DNA of 64,000 nucleotides from Eledone cirrhosa (GCA_964016885.1 OZ024745.1:86366001-86430000), one strand, 5' to 3'. Counted from the first letter of the stretch, positions 30,294-45,162 are shown. Translations and numbers: made by a program. The notes: generated from the sequence alone by a model not told the origin.

Positions 30294-33200
30294 TCATCAT
30301 CATCATCATCATCATCATCAACGTTTAACGTCCGTGTTCCACGCTTGCATGGGTTTGGACGGGGGTAGTCCCACTTGAGGCAAGAGTGATTGTCTTGCTC
30401 GCATAGGACTGTCTGGCAGGTTTTCTACAGTTGGATGCCCTTCCTAACACCAACCACATTTACAGTGTGGGTCTGGGAGGTTTTTACCGTGTTGCCTACA
30501 CGGCCACATTACAGCGTGGACTGTGTGTTTTTTTGTCGTGACACCTACACGATCTCATTTGTTTCGGCCTCGATGGCGCGGCACCAACATAACTTTACAT
30601 AGAACGGGGTGGTGTGGATGGGGTGGGGGTGGTGGGACGGGGTGTATTTTGTTAGAGATGCCTACTGGCTGGAGTAGGTTTTACTATATATTTAGGTAAG
30701 GCGGGTCTTCTCTGTTACTGAGTACCGCCAAAGGTCTCGGTCCAGTGACATTGTCTTGGAGAGGTGTAAGTGTGTGATGTCGGAGTTTATCAGCTCGTCC
30801 CAGGTTTTTCTAGGTCTGCCTATTCCGTGACTACCGTCTATCTTTATTGCCCTGCACTTTGTTATACAGCTATCGACTTTCATGCGCATCACGTGTCCAT
30901 ACCAACGTAGCCTTCTCTCGAGTAAACAACATCTGATCCCTCTTATCTCTAATTTTTTCCTTAGTTCGTTTATGCTTTGCCGTTCACGTATATTACTGTT
31001 ACACATCCAGCGGAGCATGCAAGCTTCGTTCCTCTCTAGTCTGCGTATATCCTCTGCACACAATGCCCAGGTCTCACTGCCATGCAGCATTGCTGTTCGT
31101 ATGCAGGCATCGTACAACCTGCCTTTCATTTTTAGGGAGAACCCTTTAGCAGCTAATAGTGGTATAAGCTCTCTGAACTTTTTCCAACCAGTTCTGACTC
31201 TAGCTACAGTACTTTCAGAGCACCCACCCCCACTGCTGATTTTATCGCCCAGGTAACGGAAGCTGTCCACTATTTCTATAGAACCCTCTGCGCAATTGAA
31301 AGAGCTAGTATTTTGTGGGCACTTGCTGCTACTTATTGCACCAGAACACCGGCCACATGTAAAATCTATGTTCTTAGTTAGCTTACCTGTGATCCCACTA
31401 CATCTTTTATGCACCCATACTTTGCATTTAGGACATAAAATGGAGTTTCTACCTACGCCTTTCCTACACACTGAGCACGACCATTTCCCAGAAGGAACCG
31501 CCGCCTTGTTTTCTTTCCTACAAACTAGTACTTTGGTCTTAGCCAGGTTAATTTTAAGTCCTTTTGACTCTAGGCCGTGCTTCCATGTTTGGAATTTCTT
31601 CTCTAGCTCGGCCATTGATTCCGCTATGAGTGTCAGGTCGTCTGCGTATAGGAGTTCCCATGGGCAGCCTGTCTTGAACTCATCTGTTATAGCCTGAAGG
31701 GCAATAATAAATAGTAGGGGGCTGAGAACAGAGCCCTGATGGACGCCAACTTTTACGCTAAACTCTTCACTATATTCGTTGTTAATTCTAACCTTGCTGA
31801 CTGTTTCTTTATACATGGCTTGTATAGCCCTCACAAGCCATTCGTCAACGCCTAGTTTTCTAAGAGCCCACCAGATAATGGAGCGGGGCACTCTGTCGAA
31901 GGCTTTCTCCAAGTCGACAAAAGCTAAGTAGAGGGGTTTACCTTTAGCTAGGTACTTCTCCTGTAGTTGTCGTACTATGAAAAGAGCGTCTGTGGTACTT
32001 TTGCCTGACACAAACCCGAACTGCATTTCATCTAGGTCAATTCTCTCTCTGATTAGTTGCGCTATTACTTTTTCCGTGACCTTCATGACCTGGTCGATTA
32101 ATTTAATGCCTCTATAGTTACTCCTATCTAGGGCGTCTCCTTTACCCTTATAACAGTTAACGATGATGCTGCTATGCCAGTCCTTCGGAACAACCCCATT
32201 CTGTACGACTTGGTTAACTATGCGGGTGACCATGGTGTGTCCCACCGTGCCAGATGCCTTCAGCATCTCAGCAACTATTTCCGAAGGCCCAGCCGCCTTA
32301 CCCGTCTTCATATCCTTGATTGCCTTACTTATTATACTCCCCTCGACTAACACTGCTGGTCCCTCTATTGGGTCGATATGGGGGAGACTGTCTTTCTCCC
32401 ATTTATTCTCCTCATTTAGTAGCCTTTCATAGTGACACTTCCAAGCTACCTTCTTATCAGCGTCGGTGATGGCAAGTGTGCCATCGTCGTTTAGTACACA
32501 CTTCTCCCCGACAATATCACGGTTTTCCTTGACGCATTGCCTAGCAATCCTGAACACCTCACGTTTTTGGTCATCGCGTTGTAGAACATGCTTGAACTTT
32601 CTTTCCTCAGCTTCCCTTCTTGCTAAGTACACTTGTCTCCTAGCTTCCCTCCTGGCCACTTGATAGTCTTCTCTACTTCCCTCATCCCGCCATACTTTCC
32701 AAGCCTGCTTTTTGGCCTTAATTGACCCCTCCACCTTACTGTTCCACCACCATGTTACTCTCCTCCTGCCTACAGGCCTGCTCCAGCCACAGACTTCGTC
32801 TGTCGCCAACAGCAGGTTTGCTTTCAGAAATTCCCACTCTCCCTCTATATTGTCCGACTCTAAATGTTCTTCCTTACTGTCGAAAGCATCAAGTAATATG
32901 CTTTGAAATTTATTCCTGGCTGTGGGGTCCTTTAGCTTCCATATTTTTCTCCTGAGGATAGTCCTCTTCTGCTGTCGAGTACGTCTCGTCCTGACTATGA
33001 GGTCGCTAATTATCAGTCTATGTTGGGAGGTGCATTCTTCATGGGGGAGGGATTTAGTGTTTACAACAGACACTCTGTCGCGTCTTCTGGTAAGGATATA
33101 ATCTACCTGGCTTGTGTGTTCCCCGGATCTATAGGTGATCAGGTGATTGTCACGTTTTTTGAAGTTAGTGTTACAGATAGTTAGGTTATTTGCATCACAG

Positions 33201-33758
33201 AATTCCAGGATTCTGGAGCCTTCCTCATTTCTAGTACCAAACCCATAGCCTCCATGGATTTCGTCGTAGCCGTCACAATGTTGTCCAACGTGACCATTTA
33301 GGTCGCCTGCGATAATTATATAGTCACTGTCGGATATTTGGGAGGTAGTTAGCATCAGTGTCTCATAGAATCTGTCTTTTATAGTGCCGGGCAGTCCGGA
33401 TTGGGGTGCGTACGCAGATATTACTGTCACCGTAGTTCTATTGAGGACAAGTCGTATTTTAATTATTCTGTCGTTCACTCTATTTACGTCTATTATCTTA
33501 TCTGCCCACTTTTCTGCTACCATGATTCCTACTCCACCCAGCCCATCGTCGTTTCCCACCCAGAAAAGCTTATAACATCGTTTTTTACCCTCAATGAACC
33601 TAGCAGACCCACCCCTCCAACTGGTCTCTTGAATACAACAAACATCGACCTCCTTACGTTCAAGCATTTCTACAACCTCGTTAGCGCGACCCTTTAGGGT
33701 GCCTACATTTATGGTACCAACTCTGAAGTTTTGGATTGCGTTTGGGGGTTGGGGGCGG

Positions 33759-33792
<34 letters not shown>

Positions 33793-34773
33793 CGATGGGG
33801 TTATGTTAGCCGTCCGCGGTCGAAACAATGAGGAGTGCTCGCATTCTCGTCCAAGAGGTGAATTTGTCTTTATCTTTGGCATTGTCGCTGAGCGTCCAGA
33901 TTTTTCTCTCTCCTCCAGTCTCCAGGATTCCGCAGTCCATCCATCCATCATATATCGAAAGGCAACCAGGCAAGCGATAGTATAGGCCTCTGGCTTCTGA
34001 TTGGTCCGCGTAATAATACTGGTGATGCGTGGGGGCTCTGGCTTATGGTTGGTCCACGTAATAGCAATGGTGGTGCGTGGGGGCGGGAGGGAGGGGTGTT
34101 GGGTAGCTAGATAGAAGGTAATGATTGAATGGGGTCCTTGCATTTAACAAGCGATTAACAAAAATACAAAATTTGTTCTGTTCAATACGACCAAAAACTT
34201 TCGTATTTAACAATTAATAAATACAAAAAATGTAGATTGTTTTAGCGATAGATTGGCTATTTGGACTTGATACGAAATATGGATTGTTTTGAAAATACGC
34301 TAGAATTAGTATTTGTGGAGGTAGAGATGAAGGAAAATATGTACATTACGTTACATGAATATCGTGGGGTAGACAGCAAAGCAATGAAATTTGGCGAAGT
34401 GAATTCCTATCATATATATATATAGAGAGAGAGGGGGGGGCGCATGATGGTTGTGTGTGTTAGGCGTTTGACCGCCCCATGCCTTCGAAGTAGCGGGTGG
34501 GGGGGGGGGTCGAGTGTAAGCGGGAGTTTCGAAAGAAGGAAGAAGGAAAGGATTTTTTTTTTTTTTGTTTTGAAAATACCCTAGAATTAGGGATTGAGGT
34601 TTGAAAATACGCTAGGAATTAAGGTTTGAAAATACGCTAGATTAAGAATTAAGGAATTTATAAGAAGGAGAAGAGATAGGAGGTAATGATTGAATGGGAT
34701 CCTTGCACATTTAACAAGCGATTAACAAAAATACAAAATTTGTTCTGTTCAATACGACCAAAAACTTTCGTAT
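30294..34773 (-). mobile_element. Apparently full-length RTE LINE, family A
   Basis: (GAT)n tail, ~390-bp 3' UTR, single APE-RT ORF, ~900-bp 5' region ending at a microsatellite. Confidence 0.96.
30692..33882 (-). CDS. RTE polyprotein: APE endonuclease, reverse transcriptase, PHD-like Zn finger
   Basis: 991-aa open frame (CIQET, AGDLNGH, FVDLEKAFD, GVHQGSVLSP, YADD, CxxC...CxxC...HxxC...CxxC) stays in frame upstream (FRVGTINVGTL); probable start MPKIKTN at 33882 is offset by one base across a 33-G run (33760-33792). Confidence 0.9.
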
Positions 34774-34804
34774 GTGTATATATATATATATATATATATG
34801 GGTG

Positions 34805-34843
<39 letters not shown>

Positions 34844-34953
34844 CCACACCTACACACACACACACACACACACATATGTATATATATATATACATATATA
34901 TACATATGTATATATATATATACATATATATACATATGTATATATATATATAT

Positions 34954-35337
34954 ATATATAGTAAAACCTACTCCAGCCAGTAGGCATCTCTAACAAAATA
35001 CACCCCGTCCCACCACCCCCACACCACCCCGTTCTATGTAAAGTTATGTTGGTGCCGCGCCATCGAGGCCGAAACAAATGAGATCGTGTAGGTGTCACGA
35101 CAAAAAAACACACAGTCCACGCTGTAATGTGGCCGTGTAGGCAACACGGTAAAAACCTCCCAGACCCACACTGTAAATGTGGTTGGTGTTAGGAAGGGCA
35201 TCCAGCTGTAGAAAACCTGCCAGACAGTCCTATGCGAGCAAGACAATCACTCTTGCCTCAAGTGGGACTACCCCCGTCCAAACCCATGCAAGCGTGGAAC
35301 ACGGACGTTAAACGTTGATGATGATGATGATGATGAT
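34954..35337 (+). mobile_element. Solo RTE-A 3' UTR, inverted relative to the adjacent full-length copy
   Basis: Near-identical reverse complement of 30294-30690; ends in (GAT)7. Confidence 0.92.
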
Positions 35338-35411
35338 ATATACATATGTATATATATATATATACATATATATACATATGTATATATATACATATATATA
35401 CATATACATAT

Positions 35412-36668
35412 ATCATCATCACCGTTTTACGTCCGTTCTTCCACGCTAGCATGGGTTAGACGGGTTGTCCTGTTGTGGGCAGTGTCTGGTCGGCTGACCA
35501 TGCCTTGCTCATACAGGAACTGATTTGGCTTGATTTCTACAGCTGGATGCCCTTCCTAACACCAACCTCATTTACAGTGAGTGCTGGGTGCTTTTTCGTG
35601 GCGCATACACGTCCACTTTACAGTGTGGGCTGGGTGCTTTTTTGCCGTGGCACCTCCACGACCACCTTGCGGTGGGGGCATATTATCTATATGCTTCAGC
35701 TTGTACCCATGGGAGGTCGGGTACTCTGTATTACTGCATGACGCCAGAGGTCACGGTCGTGTGTCATTGCCTTTGAGAGGTGTAATTGGGTAAGGTCGGC
35801 TTTTATCACCTCATCCCAGGTCATCATCGTGGTTTCCATCGACTTCTAGTGCTCTGCACCTTTTTATGCAGCTGTCATCCTTCATACGCATCACATGTCA
35901 ATACCAGCACAACCGCTTCTCCTGCACACAGCATTTGATTCCTCTTATGCTCAGTCTCTCTCTCAATTCATTTATGCTTTGTTGTTCACGTATATTACTG
36001 TTACACATCCATCGGAGCATGCAGGCTTCGTTTCTCTCTAATCTACGTAAGTCTTCCACCTTCAGCGCCCAGGTCTGACTACCATGCAACATCGCTGTTC
36101 GGATACACGCAACATACAGTCTGCCTTTTGCAGCTAGCAGTGGTAGTACTTCCCTAAACTTCTTCCATCCCGTTCTTACCCTAGTTATTGTACTTTCTGA
36201 ACACCCACCTCCGCTGCTAATTCGGTCACCAAGGTAGCAGAAGCTGTCTACTGTTTCTACAGAACCCTCCCAGAGATTAGTGGTACTTGTTTCCTGTGGC
36301 TGTTTGCTGCTTGCTGTCCCAGCACAGCTGCTGCATGTGAAGCCTACATTCTTAATTAAGCTTCCTGAGATCCCGCTACATCTCTTGTGTACCCATTGTT
36401 TGCATTTGGGGCAGAGAATGGAGTTCCTACCTACACCTTTCCTACATACTGAGCAAGGCCATTTCCCTGAGGGGATCTGGGTTCTGTTTTCTCGTCTACT
36501 TACAAGGACCTTAGTCTTTGTCATATTGACTTTGAAACCCTTTCTTTCTAGTCCCTGCTTCCAAGTTTGGAATTTCTTCTCTAGTTCTACCATAGATTCA
36601 GCTATAAGTGCGAGGTCATCAGCACACAGGAGTTCCCATGGGCATCCGGTTTTAAACTCCTCCGTTAT
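35412..36668 (-). mobile_element. RTE LINE family B, 5'-truncated fragment
   Basis: Matches 37427-38730 with small deletions; YADD mutated to CADD. Confidence 0.92.
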
Positions 36669-36866
36669 ATCCCCAGTCACTGAAGAGGTCACAGAATGTG
36701 TGACAATATATAAACAATCATCTGGTTGTGGAACCAACCAACCGGAAATTTATAAATTTATTATAATAAATTGAAGTGAAAGCAACTGGTGCGTATGTTT
36801 CTTATTGGCAACATGACCCTCCCAAAGTATAACAATATATATATATATACACACATACATACATAG

Positions 36867-36920
<54 letters not shown>

Positions 36921-37426
36921 AAAATTAAGATAAATCAAAATTATGGGTGTTATGCCAGAAAGACATGCGCCATATCACCCGTAAAATAAGCTCTAAGATT
37001 CTAACGAGTAGGTCCGAGCATTTTATAATAACTAGAGATTGATTAACATATAAATAAACATGAATAATCACAGGAGATAATTTTTACAAGTGTGTAACCA
37101 CACATAGCTAGGTAGGTAACTAAATAAAGTTGACCAGCACTTCAAAAATAGATATCTTATAATATAATTAATCTTCCCTGTATATATTCCATTAAAGAAA
37201 TATATTTCACCAATTAATCAGATCTTAAACCACAGAAGTGGAGATTTGGATTTTCAACAAGGAAGAAATTTCCAGCAATCCGTGTTTACACTTCAAGTTC
37301 AAATCAGCGACTGGCCAGCACATGTAGTATTTACTAGAAATACGCACATCACACTAGCTTCGTCTCAGTGGCGTGAATAGGGTTATCGGCAACTAGAAAT
37401 ATATATAATATAAATATATATATATA

Positions 37427-40400
37427 ATCATCATCATCATCATCACCGTTTTACGTCCGTTCTTCCACGCTAGCATGGGTTAGACGGGTTGTCCTGTTGT
37501 GGGCAGTGTCTGGTCGGCTGACCATGCCTTGCTCATACAGGAACTGATCTGGCTTGATTTCTACAGCTGGATGCCCTTCCTAACACCAACCTCATTTACA
37601 GTGAGTGCTGGGTGCTTTTTCGTGGCGCCTACACGTCCACTTTACAGTGTGGGCTGGGTGCTTTTTTGCCGTGGCACCTCCACGACCACCTTGCGGTGGG
37701 GGGGGGGGCATATTGTTTATATGCTTCAGCATGTACCCATGGGAGGTCGGGTACCCTGTATTACTGCGTGACGCCAGAAGTCACGGTCGTGTGTCATTGA
37801 CTTTGAGAGGTGTAGTTGGGTAAGGTCGGCTTTTATCACCTCATCCCAAGTCATCTTGGGTCTCCCCACTCCGCGGTTTCCATCAACTTCTAGTGCTCTG
37901 CACCTTTTTATGCAGCTGTCATCCTTCATACGCATCACATGTCCATACCAGCGTAACCGCCTCTCCTGCACGCAGCATTTGATTCCTCTTATGCTCAGTC
38001 TCTCTCTCAATTCATTTATGCTTTGTCGTTCACGTATATTACTGTTACACATCCATCGGAGCATGCAGGCTTCGTTTCTCTCTAATCTACGTAAGTCTTC
38101 CACCTTCAGCGCCCAGGTCTCACTACCATGCAACATCGCTGTTCGGATACACGCGTCATACAGTCTGCCTTTCATTCTGAGGGAGAAGCCTTTTGCAGCT
38201 AGCAGTGGTAGTAGTTCCCTAAACTTCTTCCATCCCGTTCTTACCCTAGTTATTGTACTTTCTGAGCACCCACCTCCGTTGCTAATTCGGTCACCTAGGT
38301 AGCAGAAGCTGTCTACTGTTTCTACAGGGCCCTCCCAGAGATTGGTGGTACTTGTTTCCTGTGGCTGTTTGCTTGCTGTTTCAGCACAGCTGCTGCATGT
38401 GAACCTACATTCTTAATTAAGCTTCCTGAGATCCCGCTACATCTCTTGTGTACCCATTGTTTGCATTTGGGGCAAAGAATGGAGTTCCTACCTACACCTT
38501 TCCTACATACTGAGCAAGGCCATTTCCCTGAGGGGATCTGGGTTCTGTTTTCTCGTCTACTTATAAGGACCTTAGTCTTTGTCATGTTGACTTTGAGGCC
38601 CTTTCTCTCTAGTCCCTGCTTCCAGGTTTGGAATTTATTCTCTAGTTCTACCATAGATTCAGCTATGAGTGCGAGGTCATCAGCATACAGGAGTTCCCAT
38701 GGGCATCCGGTCTTAAACTCCTCCGTTATTGCCTGCAGGACTATGATGAACAGGAGAGGGCTAAGAACAGAGCCCTGGTGGACCCCAACCTGTACGCTAA
38801 ATTCCTCGCTATACTCATTGCCAATCCTAACTTTGCTGACTGCTCCCCTATACATGGCTTGTACCGCTTTCACAAGCCATTCATCTACTCCTAGTTTTCT
38901 AAGAGCCCACCAGATTACTGCACGTGGAACTCTGTCAAAGGCTTTCTCAAGGTCGACAAATGCCAAGTAGAGTGGCTTACTTTTAGCTAGGTACTTTTCC
39001 TGTAATTGCCTCACAAGGAAGAGCGCATCAGTGGTGCCTTTCCCTGGTACAAACCCAAATTGCATCTCGTCTATATTCACCCGGTCCCTAATCAGCTGTG
39101 CTATAACTCTTTCTGTTACTTTCATGACCTGGTCCATCAACTTTATACCTCTATAGTTTCCTCTATCTAGTGCATCGCCTTTACCTTTGTAGCAGTTGAC
39201 AATGATGCTACTGCACCAATCTTTTGGTATGGCCCCCTCTAGTATTACCTGGTTAACGATACGTGTGGTTATAGTGTGACCTACAGACCCAGATGCCTTC
39301 AGCATCTCGGCAGCTATACCCGATGGACCGGTTGCCTTCCCTATCTTCATATCTCTGATTGCCTTACTTACTACGCTGCCGCTGACTTGTACTGCTGGTC
39401 CCTCTATAGGGTCTACGTGGGGTAGGGTCTCTTCTTCCCATGCATTCTCCTCATTTAGTAATCTATCATAATGACTCTTCCATGCATCTTTCTTCTCAGC
39501 ACTTGTGAGGGCAAGCTCACCTTTATCATTCCGGATACACTTCTCTCCAATGACATCACAACTATCTCTGACACACTGCCTCGCAATCTTGAATACCTCC
39601 TGTTTCTGGTCCTCACGTTGTAAAACATGCTTGAATTTTCTATCCTCTGCTTCCCTCCTAGCTAAGTATACTTGTCGCCTAGCTTCCCTCTTGGTCTCTA
39701 TGTAATGTACCCTGCTCCCCCCGTTCTTCCATTCTTTCCATGCCTGTCTCTTGGCCTTGACTGCTTCATCTACCTTATTGTTCCACCACCAAGTCACTCT
39801 CCTCCTGCTTGAGGTCTTACTCCAGCCACAAACCTCATCCGTCGCCTCTAGTAAGTTATTTTTTAGGAACTCCCAGTTCTCTTCTACGTTAAATGTCTCT
39901 ATCTGTTCTTCTTTACTGTCGTAGGCGTTGAGTAAAATATCTTTAAATCTGTTACTGGTTGAGGGGACTTTCAGCTTCCAGATCTTTCTTCTCCAGGTTG
40001 GCCTCTGTTTCAGGGCTCGTCTAGTTCTGACCGTGAGGTCGCTGACAACTAAGCTATGTTGGGATGTACATTCCTCACTAGGGAAGGCTTTTGTGTTTAC
40101 GACCGTCCATCTGTCACGTCCTCTGATGAGGATAAAATCTAACTGACTAGAGTGCTCCCCTGATCTATAGGTGATCAGGTGGTTGTCGGGTTTTTTAAAG
40201 TTTGTGTTACATATCGACATGTCATTGGCGTCGCAGAATTCTAGAAGTCTGAATCCTTCCTCATTCCTTGTGCCAACTCCATGGCCTCCATGTACTCTAT
40301 TGAAGCCGTCGCAGTGTTTACCTACGTGTCCGTTAAAATCTCCTGCAATGATTAGGAAGTCCTTGTCGTCTGTTAGAGCAGTAGTGTGTATTAGGGACTC

Positions 40401-41645
40401 GTAAAACCTATCCTTAAGTTCGTCTGGCAGCCCCGATTGGGGTGCGTAAGCTGATATTATTGTGGTAATTGTCTTATTCAGGACTAGTCTGAGTTTAATG
40501 ATTCTTGCATTTACCCTGTACACTGAGATTACTTTATCTACCCACTTGTCAGCTAATAGTATACCTACACCACCCATCCCATCGTCATTTCCCACCCAGA
40601 AAAATTTGTAGCACTGGCTTTTTCCTACAAGGACTCTAGCAGACCCTCCTCTCCATCTAGTCTCTTGCACACAGCATACATCAACTTCCTTTCGCTCTAG
40701 CATTTCTACGATTTCTCCTGCTCTTCCTTTCATTGAGCCTACATTGATGGTACCAACTCGGAGTTTTGGGCATTTGTCGACACTCGTAGGGGAGGGTCTC
40801 TGGGTTGGCGCTTCACGTGGGTGCTTGGTAGCTCGCAGATTCATATTTCATCTATTGATTCAGAGTTGCTCGTGTATTCCCAGCTCATCCATCCATAACG
40901 GTGGGAAAATTGAGGGCTAGAAGAACAGTGGTGGTGGGGTAATGGCAGGGTGTGTTGGGATGCGCCAGAGGAAGAGAGAGTTAGTTAGGCAGGTAGTAGC
41001 AGCAGCAGTGGAAATGGCATGCTAGGTTTGATTGGTCGAATAGACTATGGTGGTGTGTGGGGGTGGGGGGGGGGGAAATTGTAAGGTAGGAACTGAGAGT
41101 CGCATGGTAAATATCCAAGTTAATACTACATCAGTAAAATTAACAATAATAACGTCATGAAAAAACTACTAAGAGAAACCCTAGAAAATTTATCGCTAAT
41201 ACAGCAGGGAAAATTTAACGCTAATACAGCAGGGAACATCATAATATTAACGACAATATGTAGGCTAAAATACCTTCGTAGATTAGATGGATGGCTGGAA
41301 TAATTGGAATCAGCTCTAGTGATACATTTTAGCAGAGAAGAATGGGAAAGTATCTTATCTCTTCAATATTTTCAGATTGAATGAATTAGGTTAAAGACAG
41401 GGTAGTAAGCCTTAAAGAAGTGCATAGAGAGGGGGGGGGGGGGGGTAGGAACTGAGGGTCGCATGGTAAATAACTGAGAGAGATACAATAGGATTAGAAT
41501 ACCGCATGGTAAATATCCAAGTTAATAAGTTAATACTACATCAGTAAAATTAACAATAATGTCATGAAAAAAAACTACTAAGAGAAACCCTAGAAAATTT
41601 ATCGCTAATACAGCAGGGAAAATTTAACGCTAATACAGCAGGGAA

Positions 41646-41652
<7 letters not shown>
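37427..41652 (-). mobile_element. Apparently full-length RTE LINE, family B, frameshifted near 38400
   Basis: ORF 38322-40844 (APE, RT with YADD, PHD-like finger) continued by 37726-38175; (GAT)n tail. Confidence 0.95.
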
Positions 41653-42308
<656 letters not shown>

Positions 42309-44814
42309 GAATGTAGCGAAGATAATACGTCAGCAATGACGTGTTCGTCAGAATGTCGTTATGTAGACATACAGACAAATATTATAAGGGTTCGACGGAG
42401 ATCAATAACTGGCGCCTAATACCCCTTTAACAACAGAAAATTGAAAAATAAAAGCTGCAGTTAGTATTTTTAGACTGCAAGGAATATATAAATGCAAGTT
42501 TGAAGTCAATCGGAGTAGAAATGTGGAATTGTATAGACTTTGCAAAAATTAGGACACACACACACACAGACAACAACAGTTTTATATATATAGATATTCC
42601 CCTCTCAGATTCACACACTTATTGCAGCTGTCCTTCAGTTTTTCTAAGCCCTGTAAAAAGAACTTGGAAGGTTGGTCCGCCAACCAGGCCTCAGTAGTCT
42701 TTTAAAGCCAGGAACTTTTCAGCAAGCTGCTTGTATTTGTCAGTATGTGTAAAATTAAGGATATGGTTATACTAGTAGAGGTATATGTGGATGACTGAGT
42801 TATTAAGGACTACTGGATAAGACTTAAGAGTTCTAGTCTGTATTTTGTGTTTCATGGTAAAACACTTTGTGCTACATTTTATTCTGGGAATAGGAACTAG
42901 ATACGCATGTTGGAGGAAATATCCCCGTTTTGTTTTAAATTGAAACCAAGTACCCACTTATGGCTTAATAAATATTTCTACCGACTTTGTTTAGTAATAT
43001 GAAATTAACATATTTCACCTAATATATATCTATCCATAAAAAAAAAATCTCTTGAATCACACGCTGCATTTATAAAAGAAAAAAAGATAAGGAAACGTAC
43101 TGGATAATGTAGTCTAAGATGGTCATGGATAGTGTTTTTGATAGTAGGTCTGCTTGATCAAGGCTCATTTATTTATTTGTACTTGTGATAGCGTTCACCC
43201 GGGGTGAGTTGAGCCGGCTCCATTGAAGGAATTCACGGTGTAAGTTCATTTCAATGGAGTTTCTTTGGGTGCAAGTATATGCATTTTAGGATAGTGCAAT
43301 CCAAGCATTACATCGGTTATAGTGCTGAGCTCTTGTTTTCACACCCAACCCAATTTGGTGGAGCCAAATCCGTGACAGTGAGGCATAGGAGGGAGTTTGG
43401 CCTGCAGAAGTGATAAACAATGTATTTGAGTCATTTTGTAGGCCAGCAGGAGCTCAGCCCGTCCCACCACCCAGCTCAGGCATACCGACCCTCGGCACCG
43501 GTGATAAACACGACCTATTGAGTCATTTTGTAGGCCAGCAGGAGCTCCCCTCACTGCCCAGCGCAGGTATACTGACCCTTGGGACTAAACGATAACTATA
43601 AATGTGCTTGGTGTATTTATATTGAAAAATCAGTTATCTTATAAAAGAGAAAAAAAAAAAATGAATAAAATATGTTGGGTTGTAATGAATAGAACAATTT
43701 GTTTGGAATCTACCCAAACATATTGCAGAAACGGTGCCAAAACTTTGCTATAGTCTCTTGATTATCACTATAAAAACTGCTAATTTTTCCCATGTTTTCC
43801 TTCTATAATAAAATATTTTATACAATAATTGTATGCTGCTAAGTCATTATGACTACCTACATTAAAGAATCTAGTAATTGTTGGGTTTCCATAGGACTGT
43901 ACTTCTCACCTCTATTTCTAAAGTCTCGTGTATTTTTTATTCATAATTTATCAGTTTTCTTTTTGTCTTGTCTAATGCAACCAGCAGTAAAATTTAGTCT
44001 TTATTTATTCATTAATATTTTATATTCATTTTCTGATGCTTTCATGAGATGGATTTTATAAAGATATATCTGAATGTTGATGTCTAAATGTTGGGACTAC
44101 GCCACACCATTCTTGACTGGTACTTAATTTTATTGATCCCAAAGTTGGCTGGGCTGGGATTCAAATTAGGGATGTTAACTAAATACAAAATATTTCCTGC
44201 CATATTTCTGCTAATCAGCAGACTTTTATATGAATTAATATATAACAGGATTTATGTTAAAAGGGTTAAATTAAATCATATAGTCTTCAAATGTTATATA
44301 ATAATTTTGTCAAAGAATTGTATTATCTGGGGTCTATTGATTTATTCATATGTGCCCTTAGCTGAGGACAATGCATCATCCTTTCTAATGTAATGTATGC
44401 CTGTTGATGGCCTACCTCTTTCTCATCTGCTGCTTTAACTCTCTTCCTGCCATACCATTCTAACTAGTATTTTTGTCTTGGTTCCTAAACCCAAGTGCAA
44501 TCAACTTTACATGGGCTGCTCAAAATTAAGACACCTTTTATTATTTTTACAGGTTTAGTCATTGGATAGTGGCTATGCTGGAGCATTGCCTTCGGGATCT
44601 TTAGTTGATCATATTAACCCTAGTTTGCTACTTATTTTATCAATTTCTATTTGTTGAACCATATTTGTGGCAGGACCTATACATAGAACACACACACACA
44701 GGCTTCTAAATAGTTTAATCCCACTCACAAAGCATTGGAAAATCTAAGGCTACAGTAGAAGACATTTTCTTAAGATAAAACATAGGGATTGAATCTGGAA
44801 TCATGTTGCTAACT

Positions 44815-45162
44815 TCATAAACCTGTTGCTATGCCTGTACATATAACTAGTTAATGATTCTTAAGCCCACTGCTATGCCTGTACATATAACTAGTTAATG
44901 ATTATTAAGCTCACTGCTATACCTGTGTATATAACTAGTTAATGATTCTTAAACCCACTGCTATGCCTGTGTATATAACTAGTTAATAATTCTTAAACCT
45001 ACTGCTTTGTCTGTGTATAACTAGTTAATGATTATTAAGCTCACTGCTATACCTGTGTATATAACTAGTTAATGATTCTTAAACCTGCTGCTATACCTGT
45101 GTACATTACTAGGTAATGATTATTAAACCCACTGCTGTCTGCGTATATAACTAGTTAATGAT
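44815..45162. repeat. 44-bp minisatellite, about 8 copies
   Basis: Unit GCTATGCCTGTACATATAACTAGTTAATGATTCTTAAGCCCACT. Confidence 0.92.

Noticed and set aside
36680-36712. CTGAAGA-G-GTCACA-GAATG-TGTGAC hammerhead-like half
   Set aside because: The GAAA box and stem I are missing; at best a dead relic.
30882-40404. Plus-strand ORFs overlapping the RTE elements
   Set aside because: Antisense shadows of the RT ORFs.
42326-42357. Minus-strand CTGACGA followed by a hairpin
   Set aside because: No GAAA box or cleavage triplet; part of the Helitron body.
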